A stretch of 64,000 bases of DNA, from contig DASXQR010000228.1 of assembly GCA_036507075.1 (NCBI GenBank), positions 32,001 through 96,000 of the forward strand, given 5' to 3'. This document shows, piece after piece, positions 40,876-50,809 of the stretch. Source of the DNA: Acidobacteriota bacterium (GTDB lineage: Bacteria; Acidobacteriota; UBA6911; JACQSX01). The notes beneath the pieces were generated by a model. That model was given only the letters and a program-made list of their open reading frames with translations, made no database searches and was not told where the DNA came from. Position 1 is the first letter of the stretch; each line of letters starts with the position of its first letter. The translations under genes were made by a program, and so were the position numbers.

Positions 40876-41086
40876 TCACCACAGAGGCACAACCCGGCCG
40901 TAGGCCGCAACCAAAAAGCCGTCCACGTTCACGAGCACGTCCACGTCAACGACCACGTCTCAGGTCAACAAGCACGACAACATACAGACAGCCCTTCAGT
41001 TCTGCGCAGTCTCTGACCAACCGAGGGAAGTCGTAAACGTAATCGTGGACGTTGACCTGGACGTGCTCGTGAACGTGAACGGCTTT
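40876..41086. repeat. Second copy of the 30661-30910 element, lacking the outer right arm
   Basis: Colinear with 30661-30870, scattered substitutions. Confidence 0.9.
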
Positions 41087-41120
41087 GAAAAAATTTGCCA
41101 AAAAAAAACGTGGCATTCTT

Positions 41121-41591
41121 TCACTCCAGACTCTGCTCTCTGATCGGTAAGTCCCAGTGCGCGGTCAGGATTTCGAAACGCCTCTGCTCTTCTCGTTGAA
41201 ACGCTTCACGGTCGGGAAAGAGCTGCCTGATGATCGGTTCCGGATCGTAATTGTCATTGGCTACAAGAAAGTTTTTCCACACGATCGTCACCCGATAATC
41301 CCAGCGCCCCTCTTCAGTCATGTGGTAGCGTGGAGCCACGGCAGTCACTTTCAGAATGCGGCCTGCCTCGATCTGTTTCTTGAGCACCGGATAGTGATTC
41401 TTCTTGAAGAGGCGAATGAACTCGTCGGCGTGTCCCCAACTGGCCTTGTAGTAATACTCCACAACAAAGGGCTGCTCGGCTGGTGCCTGTGCCCAGGCCC
41501 GAGGGCCTGGCGGCTGGCACAGAGCCAGGATCGTTGCGGCAGCCGCCCCAAAGTATAAGATTCTGGCGGCTGAATTGGTTTGCTGGTTCAT
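41121..41591 (-). CDS. Secreted hypothetical protein (NIPSNAP-like barrel suspected)
   Basis: AGGAG RBS, signal peptide, EYYYKA.WG..DEF..LFKKNH.P. Confidence 0.75.
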   Translation of the reverse strand: MNQQTNSAARILYFGAAAATILALCQPPGPRAWAQAPAEQPFVVEYYYKASWGHADEFIRLFKKNHYPVLKKQIEAGRILKVTAVAPRYHMTEEGRWDYRVTIVWKNFLVANDNYDPEPIIRQLFPDREAFQREEQRRFEILTAHWDLPIREQSLE

Positions 41592-41653
41592 AACGCTCCT
41601 TCCCGCTGGACCTCGGAATACCGAGGGTCCTGCCAGTACTTAAATTCGAAAGG

Positions 41654-41977
41654 TTAGAGCCCTAGTACTTTCTTGATCCCTTCTTCAATCTTCGCAAGAT
41701 CTGTCGCTTGCACGCGGCCAATTCGTTTCTTCAGTCGGGATTTGTGTACCGGTCCCAGCGATTCGCACTTGGCATGGCTCTTTGTTTTCAAGCCCGTCAG
41801 GGCCGGCTGGTCAGCTAGAAGCACTCGAAGCGGGCCTGCCTTTGTTGTGATAGGAACCAGGAGCACATCAGGACAAAGATCGTTGATCGGATTGATACTG
41901 ATAACCAGGGCGGGCCGGGGCTTGGGGTGTCCCAAAGGTTGGATGATCCAGATTTCCCCACGGTTTATTCGCTCCAC
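41654..41977 (-). CDS. mazF: MazF/PemK family endoribonuclease toxin
   Basis: RGEIW...KPRPALVIS...VPITT...KSRLKKRIG; GTG start overlaps the antitoxin stop. Confidence 0.88.
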   Translation of the reverse strand: MERINRGEIWIIQPLGHPKPRPALVISINPINDLCPDVLLVPITTKAGPLRVLLADQPALTGLKTKSHAKCESLGPVHKSRLKKRIGRVQATDLAKIEEGIKKVLGL

Positions 41978-42195
41978 ATGGCCTCGGCCACCGTGCGTTC
42001 CCACACTTCGCGTTCAATTTGCTCGTCTTCACTTTCTCGATACACGTCAAGCTGCTTACGCAGTTTTTTCTCTTCTTCCAGTTTCTTAAACTTTTCCAAT
42101 ATCCGTTCCAACTTCTCCGACCGTGTTTCACCCGGCAGCGAATCAAGGAAATCCAGCAGTGGTTCGGCTATCGTGGCTGAAAGCTTTCCCTTCAC
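41965..42195 (-). CDS. Cognate antitoxin (ribbon-helix-helix-like)
   Basis: KLSATI...LD....RS pattern, acidic C-terminus, GGAGG RBS, upstream of and overlapping the toxin. Confidence 0.78.
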   Translation of the reverse strand: MKGKLSATIAEPLLDFLDSLPGETRSEKLERILEKFKKLEEEKKLRKQLDVYRESEDEQIEREVWERTVAEAMWSE

Positions 42196-42318
42196 TCTCG
42201 CTATCCTCCAAGTTATCTTATCCTCTATCTGACACATTATATTCTTTTGAAGATTATGTCAATATTGTGACCGGTACTTCCAATTCTGATTGCGCGGATC
42301 CCGCGTTCGGTATTCCGG

Positions 42319-43719
42319 TCATTGCCAACCACCTCCGAGCGCCCGGTAGAGTTGCACGACCGCCAGCAACTGCTCGCGACGAAGCTGTGCGAGCGCCAGC
42401 TCACCTTGGAACAGGTTACGCTGGGCGTCGAGCACCTGAAGATAGCTGTCCAGTCCACCCTGATAGCGAAGAAGAGAAAGACGGTTCGACTCGCGCAGCG
42501 CAGCGACCAGGAGTCGCTGCTGCTCCAGTTGCTCGGTGGTCTTGTGAAATGAGACCAGAGCATCCGAAACTTCACCGAATGCTGTCTGGATCGTTTTTTC
42601 GTAGCTTACCAAAGCCTCTCGCTTGACGGCCTCAGTCAGCTTGACCGTGGATCGCACCCGTCCCGCATTGAACACCGGAAGGCCGGCTACCGGATTGAAA
42701 TTCCACTGTCGGCCCGGGCCGGTAAACAGGTCCGTCAATGCGCGGCTCTGTCCACCTAGAAAACCGGTGAGCGAGATCTGTGGAAAGTAGAGCGCTCGAG
42801 CGGCGCCGATCTGAGCGTTGGCGGCAATCAGCATCTGTTCCGCCTGTCGTATATCGGGCCGCCTCGTGAGCAGAGTGGAAGGAAGCCCGGCCGGTACCTG
42901 AGCGGGCGCTGTCAATCGATCGAGTCTCCTTCCGCGAGGGACATCGCCGGGCGGCTGGCCAAGCAGAACGCTCAGGGAATTCTCCACCTGGGTGATGGCG
43001 CGTTCCGACGCCGCGATCTGAGCTGTGGCTGTATGCAGGAGCTGTTGGGCCTGATGCACGTCCAGACCGGTTGCGACACCGCGGTCACGACGCAGGCTTG
43101 TGAGCCGCAGGCTGTCTTCGGCGACATCGCGTGTCTTACGGGCGATCTCGAGTTCGAGATCGAGCTCGCGAAGCCTGAAGTATCCCGTCGTGATATCAGC
43201 CAGCAGCGTGGTAGTCACTCCACGCTGCGCCTCCTCAGTGGCAAGGTACTGGGCGCGTGCGGATTCTTTCAGCCGCCTCAGCCGCCCCCAGACATCGAGC
43301 TCCCAGCCGAGGCTGAAGCCCACCTGCGTGTAGCTGACATCCAGGTTGGTACCTCTGGGCACCAATTGGTTCGCGCCGATCTGGGAGTTTCGATTCGCGG
43401 AAAACCGGCCATTGACCTCAAGTGTCGGCAGCAAATCGGAGCGTGTGATTCCCAATTGCGCTCGTGCCTGTAGCACGCGCTCGGCGGCGATTCTAAAATC
43501 GTAGTTCCGCTTGAGAGCGGTGCTCAGGAGTTCGGTCAAGACTGGATCCTGAAAAAGGTCGGCCCACTTTGTATCCGCCAGCGAAGTCTCGCCTGCTGTC
43601 GCATCCGCGCCGCGAAATGTCGGCGGCATCTCGACCGTAGGACGTCGGTAGTTTGGCCCCATGGCACAGCCGAACAAAAGCAGAGTGCCTGCGACCAGAA
43701 CAGTTACTTTGTACCTCAT
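42319..43719 (-). CDS. Efflux outer membrane factor lipoprotein (NodT/OprM family)
   Basis: LFGC lipobox, GPNY.RP, WELDVWG, RRPDIRQAE, LYRALGGGW. Confidence 0.94.
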   Translation of the reverse strand: MRYKVTVLVAGTLLLFGCAMGPNYRRPTVEMPPTFRGADATAGETSLADTKWADLFQDPVLTELLSTALKRNYDFRIAAERVLQARAQLGITRSDLLPTLEVNGRFSANRNSQIGANQLVPRGTNLDVSYTQVGFSLGWELDVWGRLRRLKESARAQYLATEEAQRGVTTTLLADITTGYFRLRELDLELEIARKTRDVAEDSLRLTSLRRDRGVATGLDVHQAQQLLHTATAQIAASERAITQVENSLSVLLGQPPGDVPRGRRLDRLTAPAQVPAGLPSTLLTRRPDIRQAEQMLIAANAQIGAARALYFPQISLTGFLGGQSRALTDLFTGPGRQWNFNPVAGLPVFNAGRVRSTVKLTEAVKREALVSYEKTIQTAFGEVSDALVSFHKTTEQLEQQRLLVAALRESNRLSLLRYQGGLDSYLQVLDAQRNLFQGELALAQLRREQLLAVVQLYRALGGGWQ

Positions 43720-43743
43720 CGTTTCACCTCTGAGGGTATTTCT

Positions 43744-46700
43744 TCATGTGTTGCCAACCGGACTCGTCTGGACCGCCCGCGGCGCTGCCTGACGACGCTC
43801 GGCAACTCGCTGCGTCACGACGTATAGAACCGGCACAAAGAAAACCGCAAGCAGCGTGGCGGCTGTCATCCCCGAGAACACCGTCGTGCCGAGCGCGCGC
43901 CGCGATGCAGCGCCGGCTCCGGTTGCCACCAGCAGCGGGGAAACGCCCAGAATGAACGCCAGCGATGTCATGATGATCGGCCGCAGCCGCAACTGGGCGG
44001 CTTCCAGCGCTGCCTTTACCAGCGGCATGCCGCTCTCACGCCGCAGCTTTGCAAATTCGACGATCAGAATCGCGTTCTTCGAGGCCAGACCAATCAGGGT
44101 GACGATACCGATCTGCGTGTAAACATCGTAAGCATAGGAACGAACCAGTACGCCAGTCAGAGCGCCGAACAAACCCAGTGGCACCGCCAGCACCACGGCA
44201 AATGGAATCACCCAACTCTCATATTGGGCGGCGAGGAACAGGAACACGAGCACCGCGGCAAATCCGAAAATGAAGCCTTCCTTGCCTTCAGACACCTTCT
44301 GCTGGAAGACTGTTCCGCTCCACTCGAAGCCAAATCCGGAAGGCAGGTTTTGTCGCGCAACCTGTTCCATGGCCTCCGCGGACTGGCCGGAGCTGAAGCC
44401 GGGAGCTGTCTGCCCGATGAGTTGTGCTGTGCGATACCTATTGAACCGGTAGATCACGTCCGGAGCCGTCGTCGCATTCATCTTTACCAGGGTGCTCAGC
44501 GGGACCATGTCGTTGTCAGCATTGCGAACATAGAACCGGTTCACTGCGTCCGGACGATTGCGATACTCAGGCTCCGCCTGCATGATCACTCTCCACGTGC
44601 GGCCAAAACGATTGAAGTCATTGATGTACAGGCCACCCAGAAAAGTCTGCAACGAATCATAGACATCCGTTGTTGGGATGCCGAGCGTTTGCGCCTTCTC
44701 GTCGTCCAGATCGACGCGGTAACTCGGTACCGCAACGCGAAAGGTGTTGGCTACGAGACCAAGTGCCGGTTGAGCGCGAGCGGCGTTTACCACTGCTTGC
44801 GCAGCATCGGCTAGTTGACTGACATCTCGCCCGGCGCGGTCTTCGAGCATGAACTCAAACCCACCCGAGGTTCCGAGGCCCAGAATTGGAGGCAGCCCGA
44901 AGCCGAACGCGAAGGCCTCCGGCACCTGGCTGACGCGAGCGTTTACCTGGCGGAGGATACTCGTGAACTGCAAGTGATGCGCTTTTCTATCTTCCCACGG
45001 CGCCAGGACCGCGATGATAGTTGAGACATTCGAGCCGTTTGTCCGGGTTGTGATGTCCAGTCCACCGAGAATCGTGGTGTCCTGCACCCCCGGTATTGAC
45101 AGAACAATGTTCTCGACCTCCGCCGTAACTTTCTCGTTTCGTTCCAGGGAAGCGCTGTCGGGAAGCCGCACCAGTACGAAGATCACACCCTGGTCCTCAT
45201 CTGGGAGAAAGCCTGTGGGCACTACTTTGAACAAACCGCCGACAGCCACGTAGAACACAACCAGGATAGAGAGCGACAACGCCACTTTCCGGATGAAGGT
45301 CCGAGCTCCTGAAAGATATTGATGAGTCATCCAGTCAAAACCGCGGTTGAACAAGCCGAAGAATCGGCCCAGCATTCCTGCCGTCGTCTTTTGCGGCCGG
45401 AGAATCATGGCGCTCAGCGCGGGGCTGAGCGAGAGGGCGCTGAAAGCCGAGATTAGAACCGACGCCGCAATCGTCAGGGCAAACTGGCGGTAAATCTGGC
45501 CGCTGATTCCGCCGAGAAAAGCGACCGGAATGAAAACGGCGCTCAGAATCATTGCGATCGCCACCACCGGCCCCGACACTTCGCTCATCGCCTCGATCGT
45601 GGCTTCGCGTGGTTTCATTCCTTTGTCGATCTTGTGTTGGACCGCCTCGACCACCACGATCGCGTCATCGACAACAATACCGATTGCCAGTACCAGCCCA
45701 AACATGCTGGTCATGTTGATCGAGAAACCGAGCAGCGGGAACAGCGCAAACGTGCCGATGATCGCCACTGGAACTGTCAGCAGCGGGATCAGCGTTGCGC
45801 GCCAGCTCTGCAGGAAGATAAATACGACGATGACCACTAATACCACCGCGATGAACAATGTCACGAGGACTTCGGTAATGGCGGATCGAACGAACTTGGT
45901 CGCGTCGTAACCTACCTTGTATTGGATGCCGGCCGGGAAGTTCTGCTTAGCCTCGTTGAGGAAAGCCAGCACGCGATTGGATGTATCCACGGCATTCGCC
46001 CCCGGCGAGAGGTAAACAATGATAACGGCGGCAGGCTTCTTTGTGATTCTGCTGAAGGACTTGTAATCCTGAGCGCCAAGCTCTACCCGTCCGATATCGC
46101 GCAGTCTCAGCAGCGAGCCGTCAGGTCGGGCGCGCAGAATAATGTCGGAGAACTGCTCCGCGTCCAGCAGCCGCCCGCCGGCGGTCACTGGATACTGAAA
46201 GTCAGTACCCATCGGAGAAGGCGGCTGGCCGATTGCGCCCGCCGGGTTCTGCCGGTTCTGTGCTTGAATCGCGCGGTTCACATCGGTGGCGGTCAAACCC
46301 AGCTTTGCCATTTTGTCCGGGTTGATCCATATGCGCATGCCATAATCCTGCGCAGCCGCCAATCGCACGTCACCGACCCCGGGAATGCTGCCGATCTTAT
46401 CGATCAAATTTATCGTGGCGTAGTTACTTAAAAACAGGGCGTCATACCGGTCGTCTGTTGCTGAAACGCCGATAGCTAACAGAAACGCTGACGATACTTT
46501 CTTTACTGTGACGCCGACGCGCTGAACCTCAGGAGGGAGCGAAGGCAAAGCCAGATTGACCTTGTTCTGCGTCTTGACGGTCGCCAGGTCGATGTCAGTG
46601 CCCAACTCGAAAGTCACATCGATCGTCAGCACGCCGTCGTTGGAGCTGCGAGAGAAGAAGTAGAGCATGCCGTCCAGACCGATAAGCTGCTGCTCGATCG

Positions 46701-46890
46701 GCTGGGCGACGGTCTTCTCCAGGTCCTGTGCATTTCCGCCACGGTAGTTGGCGATGATCTGCACGACAGGAGGAACGACCTCAGGATAGGTCGCCACGGG
46801 CAGGCTCGGAATGGCGACGGTTCCCAGGATCACAATCACGATCGCGATGACGATCGCGAACACGGGACGATCAATGAAGAATCTGGCCAT
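43744..46890 (-). CDS. RND efflux inner membrane transporter (AcrB/HAE1)
   Basis: FFIDRPVFA, GIVVDDAIVVVE, KNAILIVEFA, RLRPIIMTS. Confidence 0.96.
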   Translation of the reverse strand: MARFFIDRPVFAIVIAIVIVILGTVAIPSLPVATYPEVVPPVVQIIANYRGGNAQDLEKTVAQPIEQQLIGLDGMLYFFSRSSNDGVLTIDVTFELGTDIDLATVKTQNKVNLALPSLPPEVQRVGVTVKKVSSAFLLAIGVSATDDRYDALFLSNYATINLIDKIGSIPGVGDVRLAAAQDYGMRIWINPDKMAKLGLTATDVNRAIQAQNRQNPAGAIGQPPSPMGTDFQYPVTAGGRLLDAEQFSDIILRARPDGSLLRLRDIGRVELGAQDYKSFSRITKKPAAVIIVYLSPGANAVDTSNRVLAFLNEAKQNFPAGIQYKVGYDATKFVRSAITEVLVTLFIAVVLVVIVVFIFLQSWRATLIPLLTVPVAIIGTFALFPLLGFSINMTSMFGLVLAIGIVVDDAIVVVEAVQHKIDKGMKPREATIEAMSEVSGPVVAIAMILSAVFIPVAFLGGISGQIYRQFALTIAASVLISAFSALSLSPALSAMILRPQKTTAGMLGRFFGLFNRGFDWMTHQYLSGARTFIRKVALSLSILVVFYVAVGGLFKVVPTGFLPDEDQGVIFVLVRLPDSASLERNEKVTAEVENIVLSIPGVQDTTILGGLDITTRTNGSNVSTIIAVLAPWEDRKAHHLQFTSILRQVNARVSQVPEAFAFGFGLPPILGLGTSGGFEFMLEDRAGRDVSQLADAAQAVVNAARAQPALGLVANTFRVAVPSYRVDLDDEKAQTLGIPTTDVYDSLQTFLGGLYINDFNRFGRTWRVIMQAEPEYRNRPDAVNRFYVRNADNDMVPLSTLVKMNATTAPDVIYRFNRYRTAQLIGQTAPGFSSGQSAEAMEQVARQNLPSGFGFEWSGTVFQQKVSEGKEGFIFGFAAVLVFLFLAAQYESWVIPFAVVLAVPLGLFGALTGVLVRSYAYDVYTQIGIVTLIGLASKNAILIVEFAKLRRESGMPLVKAALEAAQLRLRPIIMTSLAFILGVSPLLVATGAGAASRRALGTTVFSGMTAATLLAVFFVPVLYVVTQRVAERRQAAPRAVQTSPVGNT

Positions 46891-46976
46891 GGGTCACCGC
46901 CCCTTCTCCGATTTCGGAATTCGGAATGCGGAATGCGGAATGGCAGATACATGATTCATACTATTTCTCCTTCCGC

Positions 46977-47717
46977 TCACATCACCACGCCGCCGCCGGC
47001 ATGGATATTCTGGCCTGTGAGCCAACGCCCCTGGTCGCTCACCAGGAACGCCACTACGTCTGCAATGTCCTGAGCTGTGCCCAATCGTTTCAGCGGTGAC
47101 ATCTGAGTACCCAACTCCGCGAACTGCGGGCCACCCCCGCGGAGCATGTCCGTATCGGTGAAGCCCGGGGAGACGGTATTCACCGTCACCCCGCGCGGCG
47201 CGAGCTCATACGCGAGTCCCCTGGTAAACTGCTCCAGTGCCCCTTTGCTCCCCAGGTAGGCCGTCGCCCCTGGAAATCCCAAGTGAGTCCCGTCCGTCGA
47301 GATATTCACAATACGCCCACCATCGCTGATCACCCGTGCGGCTTCCTGCATCGCGAAGTAGGGGCCTTTGGCATTCAGCGCGAAGATTCGGTCGAAGTCC
47401 TCCTCCGTCGTTTCCGCTAACGCCTTCCCGATGAACATGCCGGCGTTGTTGACAAGAATATCCAGCCGCCCGAATCTCTTTATCGCCTCCGCAACCAGCC
47501 GGCGGGCATCGGCGATCGTACTCATATCGGCCTGGATCGCGACGGCCTTTGCGCCTCTGGCTTCGATGTCTGCAACAACCTGTTTAGCCTTGTCGGCGCT
47601 CTTGCCATAATTCACGACGACGGAGGCGCTCTCCTGAGCGAGCCGTTGCGCGATGGCGCGCCCGATCCCATTGGAGGCTCCTGTTACAATCGAGACTCTT
47701 CCCTTGAGTGTTGCCAT
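46977..47717 (-). CDS. Short-chain dehydrogenase/reductase
   Basis: TGASNGIG, NNAG, YLGSK. Confidence 0.93.
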   Translation of the reverse strand: MATLKGRVSIVTGASNGIGRAIAQRLAQESASVVVNYGKSADKAKQVVADIEARGAKAVAIQADMSTIADARRLVAEAIKRFGRLDILVNNAGMFIGKALAETTEEDFDRIFALNAKGPYFAMQEAARVISDGGRIVNISTDGTHLGFPGATAYLGSKGALEQFTRGLAYELAPRGVTVNTVSPGFTDTDMLRGGGPQFAELGTQMSPLKRLGTAQDIADVVAFLVSDQGRWLTGQNIHAGGGVVM

Positions 47718-48198
47718 CTCTTTCTCCTCTTCTCAGCATTGGCGAAGCTCTGCTTCGCCGTTCAGTCCATGTTTCTCGAACTGCGAGGCTATGCCTCGCC
47801 TGGGCGCAGCAGAGCTGCGCCTCACCTCCACCGGCCTTTGTGCCGGTGGGAGTGAAGATTCTTCACTACAGTCCTGCCACTTCCGGATGCGCCCCGCCGG
47901 GCTTGCCCCGGCGGATCGCAGGATTGTTCACTGCGAGATTCGAAACCCTTGATTCCCGCCCATCTTTCCGGCCTGGCCTCACAGTGAGCAATCCCTCGCT
48001 CCGCCGGGATGAACCCGGCGGGGGCGCCCACCCCTGGAAGATGGAGCTGTAGTGAAAAATCCCCGTTCCACCGGCACAGGGCCGGTGGGGACGCGATCTG
48101 AAATGTCCAAACTCCAGCGCCTGCTTCGCGGGCTAAAACCACTCTGCCTTCTTTAGTCGTAAGATCTCTGCCGCTGTCCCGCTCTCCCATTCATCCGC

Positions 48199-49725
48199 TC
48201 ACCCGCTCTCCCGCTCGCCCACTCCCCCTCTTCGCGGGCTCCCCCGCTCCCAGGGCTTCGGCTGAACGACACTTCCCGGCATTGCCTTCTGGAGTCCTTC
48301 AACTATGACGCGATCACCGGGCTTGAGTCCTTGCAAGACGACCCAGCGCTCGCCGACTCGCTCGCCGGTCACAATACTGCGCGCCAGGACTTTGTTGTCG
48401 GATCCGACGGTGAGAACGGACTGGAACCCCTGCAACTCCTGCACCGCTCTCTGCGGTACGAGAATCGCGTTTCTGCGGTCTTCCATCCTCATCCGCACCT
48501 TTCCAAACTGACCGGGAAGGATCGTCTTGTGCGGATTTGGGAATGTTGCTTGAAGCTCTAATGTTCCGGTTTTCGGATCCACCTGATTTACAGCGTTCTC
48601 GACACGCCCTTCATATGGATGCGATTCGCCGTTGGCAAGAACGAGCTGCAAAGCGATCTTCCGATTCTGTTCGCGTTCCATTCGCCGCTGGTAATCAAAG
48701 TACTCGCTTTCGCTCAACTTGAAGCGCACCCAGATAACATCCAGCGGCACGATAGTCGTCAGAGGTTGAGGGGAATTGCGTGTCACAAGGCCACCGACCT
48801 GGAGAAGGCTGTCGCCGATGCGCCCGCCGATTGGCGCGCGAATGACGGCATACTCCAGATTCAACTCCGCCGATCGAAGCATCGCCTTGTTGGACTCGAC
48901 CTGTGCGCCCGTAGTTTCAATTTGGGCTTTCGTTGAAAGGCGTGCCTGTTCGACGTTTGCCTGCTTTGCGCGCACGTTCGCCTGGTTGGCCTGCAAGGCG
49001 GCCAGCGCATTATCGAGGTCCTGCCGTGCAGCGGCATCTTCCTTGACAAGCGGACGCAGACGATCGACATCTTGCGTGGCTTTCAAAAGATTGGCCTGAG
49101 CTTGTGCAAGGTCCGCTTCCGCCTGCAGGAGGGCTACCTGGCGACGCGCGAACTCCTGGTTGGCTTCAGTCTGCGCGAGGTCCCCTTTAGCCCTTTGTAC
49201 CTCGGCCTGATACGGACGGAGATCAAGAATGTATAAAGGCTCGCCCGCCTTCACATCCGAGCCGACCTGAAACAACCGTCTTTCAATGTACCCGTCTACA
49301 CGACCCCGCACCTCGACCATGTCACGTGCGAACGTCTGCGCCGCATATTCCTTATAGATAGGCGTGTCTTCCAGATTGACCGAGATGACGGAGACCGGAG
49401 GCGGCGGCGGTTTCGTGGCAGCACTCGAGGTGCCCGCACAAGACTGGCATAGAAGCGCCGCCAGGGCGAGGCACAAAAAGATTCCGATTTTTGGCAGGAT
49501 CCGCTTGCTTACGCGCGCGGTTCGGATCTGGGCAGCAATCACCATCTGAGAACCCACACCCTCGCGCGTGTTATGTACAAGGGTGTCGAACCTCGGTGGG
49601 GTTGAGGTGTTTGTATGAGAATGGGGCGGGATTGAAATGCGGCTGAGCAGCACGACAATTCTACCGTGCTGCCTGTCGCACTTCGTATTTGGGCTCCAGG
49701 GTCGGGTGTGGGTGCTTGTCAACAT
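48199..49725 (-). CDS. RND periplasmic adaptor (MFP); start 49725 or 49545
   Basis: VEVRGRVDG, IRAPIGG, VDPKTGT, PGQF, LVPQRAV, GLKPGDRVIVEG. Confidence 0.9.
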   Translation of the reverse strand: MLTSTHTRPWSPNTKCDRQHGRIVVLLSRISIPPHSHTNTSTPPRFDTLVHNTREGVGSQMVIAAQIRTARVSKRILPKIGIFLCLALAALLCQSCAGTSSAATKPPPPPVSVISVNLEDTPIYKEYAAQTFARDMVEVRGRVDGYIERRLFQVGSDVKAGEPLYILDLRPYQAEVQRAKGDLAQTEANQEFARRQVALLQAEADLAQAQANLLKATQDVDRLRPLVKEDAAARQDLDNALAALQANQANVRAKQANVEQARLSTKAQIETTGAQVESNKAMLRSAELNLEYAVIRAPIGGRIGDSLLQVGGLVTRNSPQPLTTIVPLDVIWVRFKLSESEYFDYQRRMEREQNRKIALQLVLANGESHPYEGRVENAVNQVDPKTGTLELQATFPNPHKTILPGQFGKVRMRMEDRRNAILVPQRAVQELQGFQSVLTVGSDNKVLARSIVTGERVGERWVVLQGLKPGDRVIVEGLQKAMPGSVVQPKPWERGSPRRGGVGERESG

Positions 49726-49746
49726 AGGTCATTCCTCGAAGTGACA

Positions 49747-50046
49747 TCAACAGTCTGTTTGCTCCGATCTGTTGTTTTCGTATGTCTGTTCTAAAATGTC
49801 TTGGATCATCCAACTGCACGCCACCAAACTGACTCCTTCGCGGTGCATCAACCGCAACAGATACCGTCCGGCTTGATCGATGCAGGTCACGCCCTTCAGA
49901 TCCACCCGAAACTGCCGGTTCGCGTCGCCAACCCTTGCGGCTTGCCAGCATTGTTCCAACTCGGCAACCCACGCTCCGGATAATCGCCCTTCGATCTGGA
50001 GGGTAAGTTGACCGTCGATTTCGTGGACTTGAAACCGCGCACTCAT
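49747..50046 (-). CDS. STAS-like domain protein
   Basis: LQIEGRLSGAWVAELEQCW...VDLKGVTCIDQAG. Confidence 0.8.
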   Translation of the reverse strand: MSARFQVHEIDGQLTLQIEGRLSGAWVAELEQCWQAARVGDANRQFRVDLKGVTCIDQAGRYLLRLMHREGVSLVACSWMIQDILEQTYENNRSEQTDC

Positions 50047-50058
50047 ATTGATTGTGAT

Positions 50059-50074
50059 TGCACTTCCTGGGCCA
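50059..50074 (-). promoter_or_regulatory. sigma54 promoter of the STAS/efflux cluster
   Basis: TGGCCCAGGAAGTGCA (GG-N10-GC) on the minus strand; -12 GC lies 14 nt from ATG 50046. Confidence 0.65.
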
Positions 50075-50394
50075 AACACGAGGGTCTCAGGATGTGATGG
50101 GAATCGTGTGACTTAGGAAAACACCAGGAAAGTGCTGCCGAACAGTTGCTACCGGGATGCCGGCACTTGCCAGCATTTCGGCATCAGCCTCGGCGGCTCT
50201 ATGTGCGCGGTGACCATTCCCAACACCATCAGGCGGCCACGATGCAGCCGGGTTTTCACGCTGGCATCCAGCGCAGCTTCATCTCCGCCTCTCATTCTTT
50301 GCGCCAAAACACCATCCGAATCGCCTGGCAGTGATCGAATCGCCATATTGGCATACTCGTTTTTCATTTCATTCCACTCCTGGCCGCTCGCCTC

Positions 50395-50565
50395 TTATCG
50401 CGGATAGTGCTCTAATGTTTTTCTCGAACTGACATGACCCTGAGCCTCGATCGCTGACTTCGCCCTCTCCCAGATCCAGACCACCAAAGCGCCGCTGGCC
50501 AAAGGGATGAAGAGAAGAAACGAGGCGATTAAAACCAAAAACAAGATTCCAAGTAAGTCGTACAT
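50395..50565 (-). CDS. 56-aa hydrophobic microprotein B (paralogue of 14982-15155)
   Basis: GAGGAGG RBS; MYDLLGILFLVLIASFLLFIPLASGALVVWIWER... Confidence 0.8.
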   Translation of the reverse strand: MYDLLGILFLVLIASFLLFIPLASGALVVWIWERAKSAIEAQGHVSSRKTLEHYPR

Positions 50566-50635
50566 AAGTCCTCCTCGCATCAGGTCAGCGGGCCCTTTAA
50601 TCTCTCCGCTCCTGCCTGGTTACACTTTGGCAATT

Positions 50636-50651
50636 AGCAATTTTTTGGCCT
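50636..50651 (-). promoter_or_regulatory. sigma54 promoter of microprotein B
   Basis: AGGCCAAAAAATTGCT (GG-N10-GC) on the minus strand, 70 nt upstream of the ATG. Confidence 0.62.
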
Positions 50652-50809
50652 GAATGAAGGGGTGCGCCTTACCCCCAGTCAAATAGTGGGCGCAGCGAGA
50701 GATAGAGAAGCAGCGATTCTTCGTGCAAAGTGGGAGTGCCAAGCTGGCAGTGACAACAGGTTGGCGGGGGCCAACGGGCTGGCACGGGCTGAGAACGTGA
50801 GAAAAAGCT

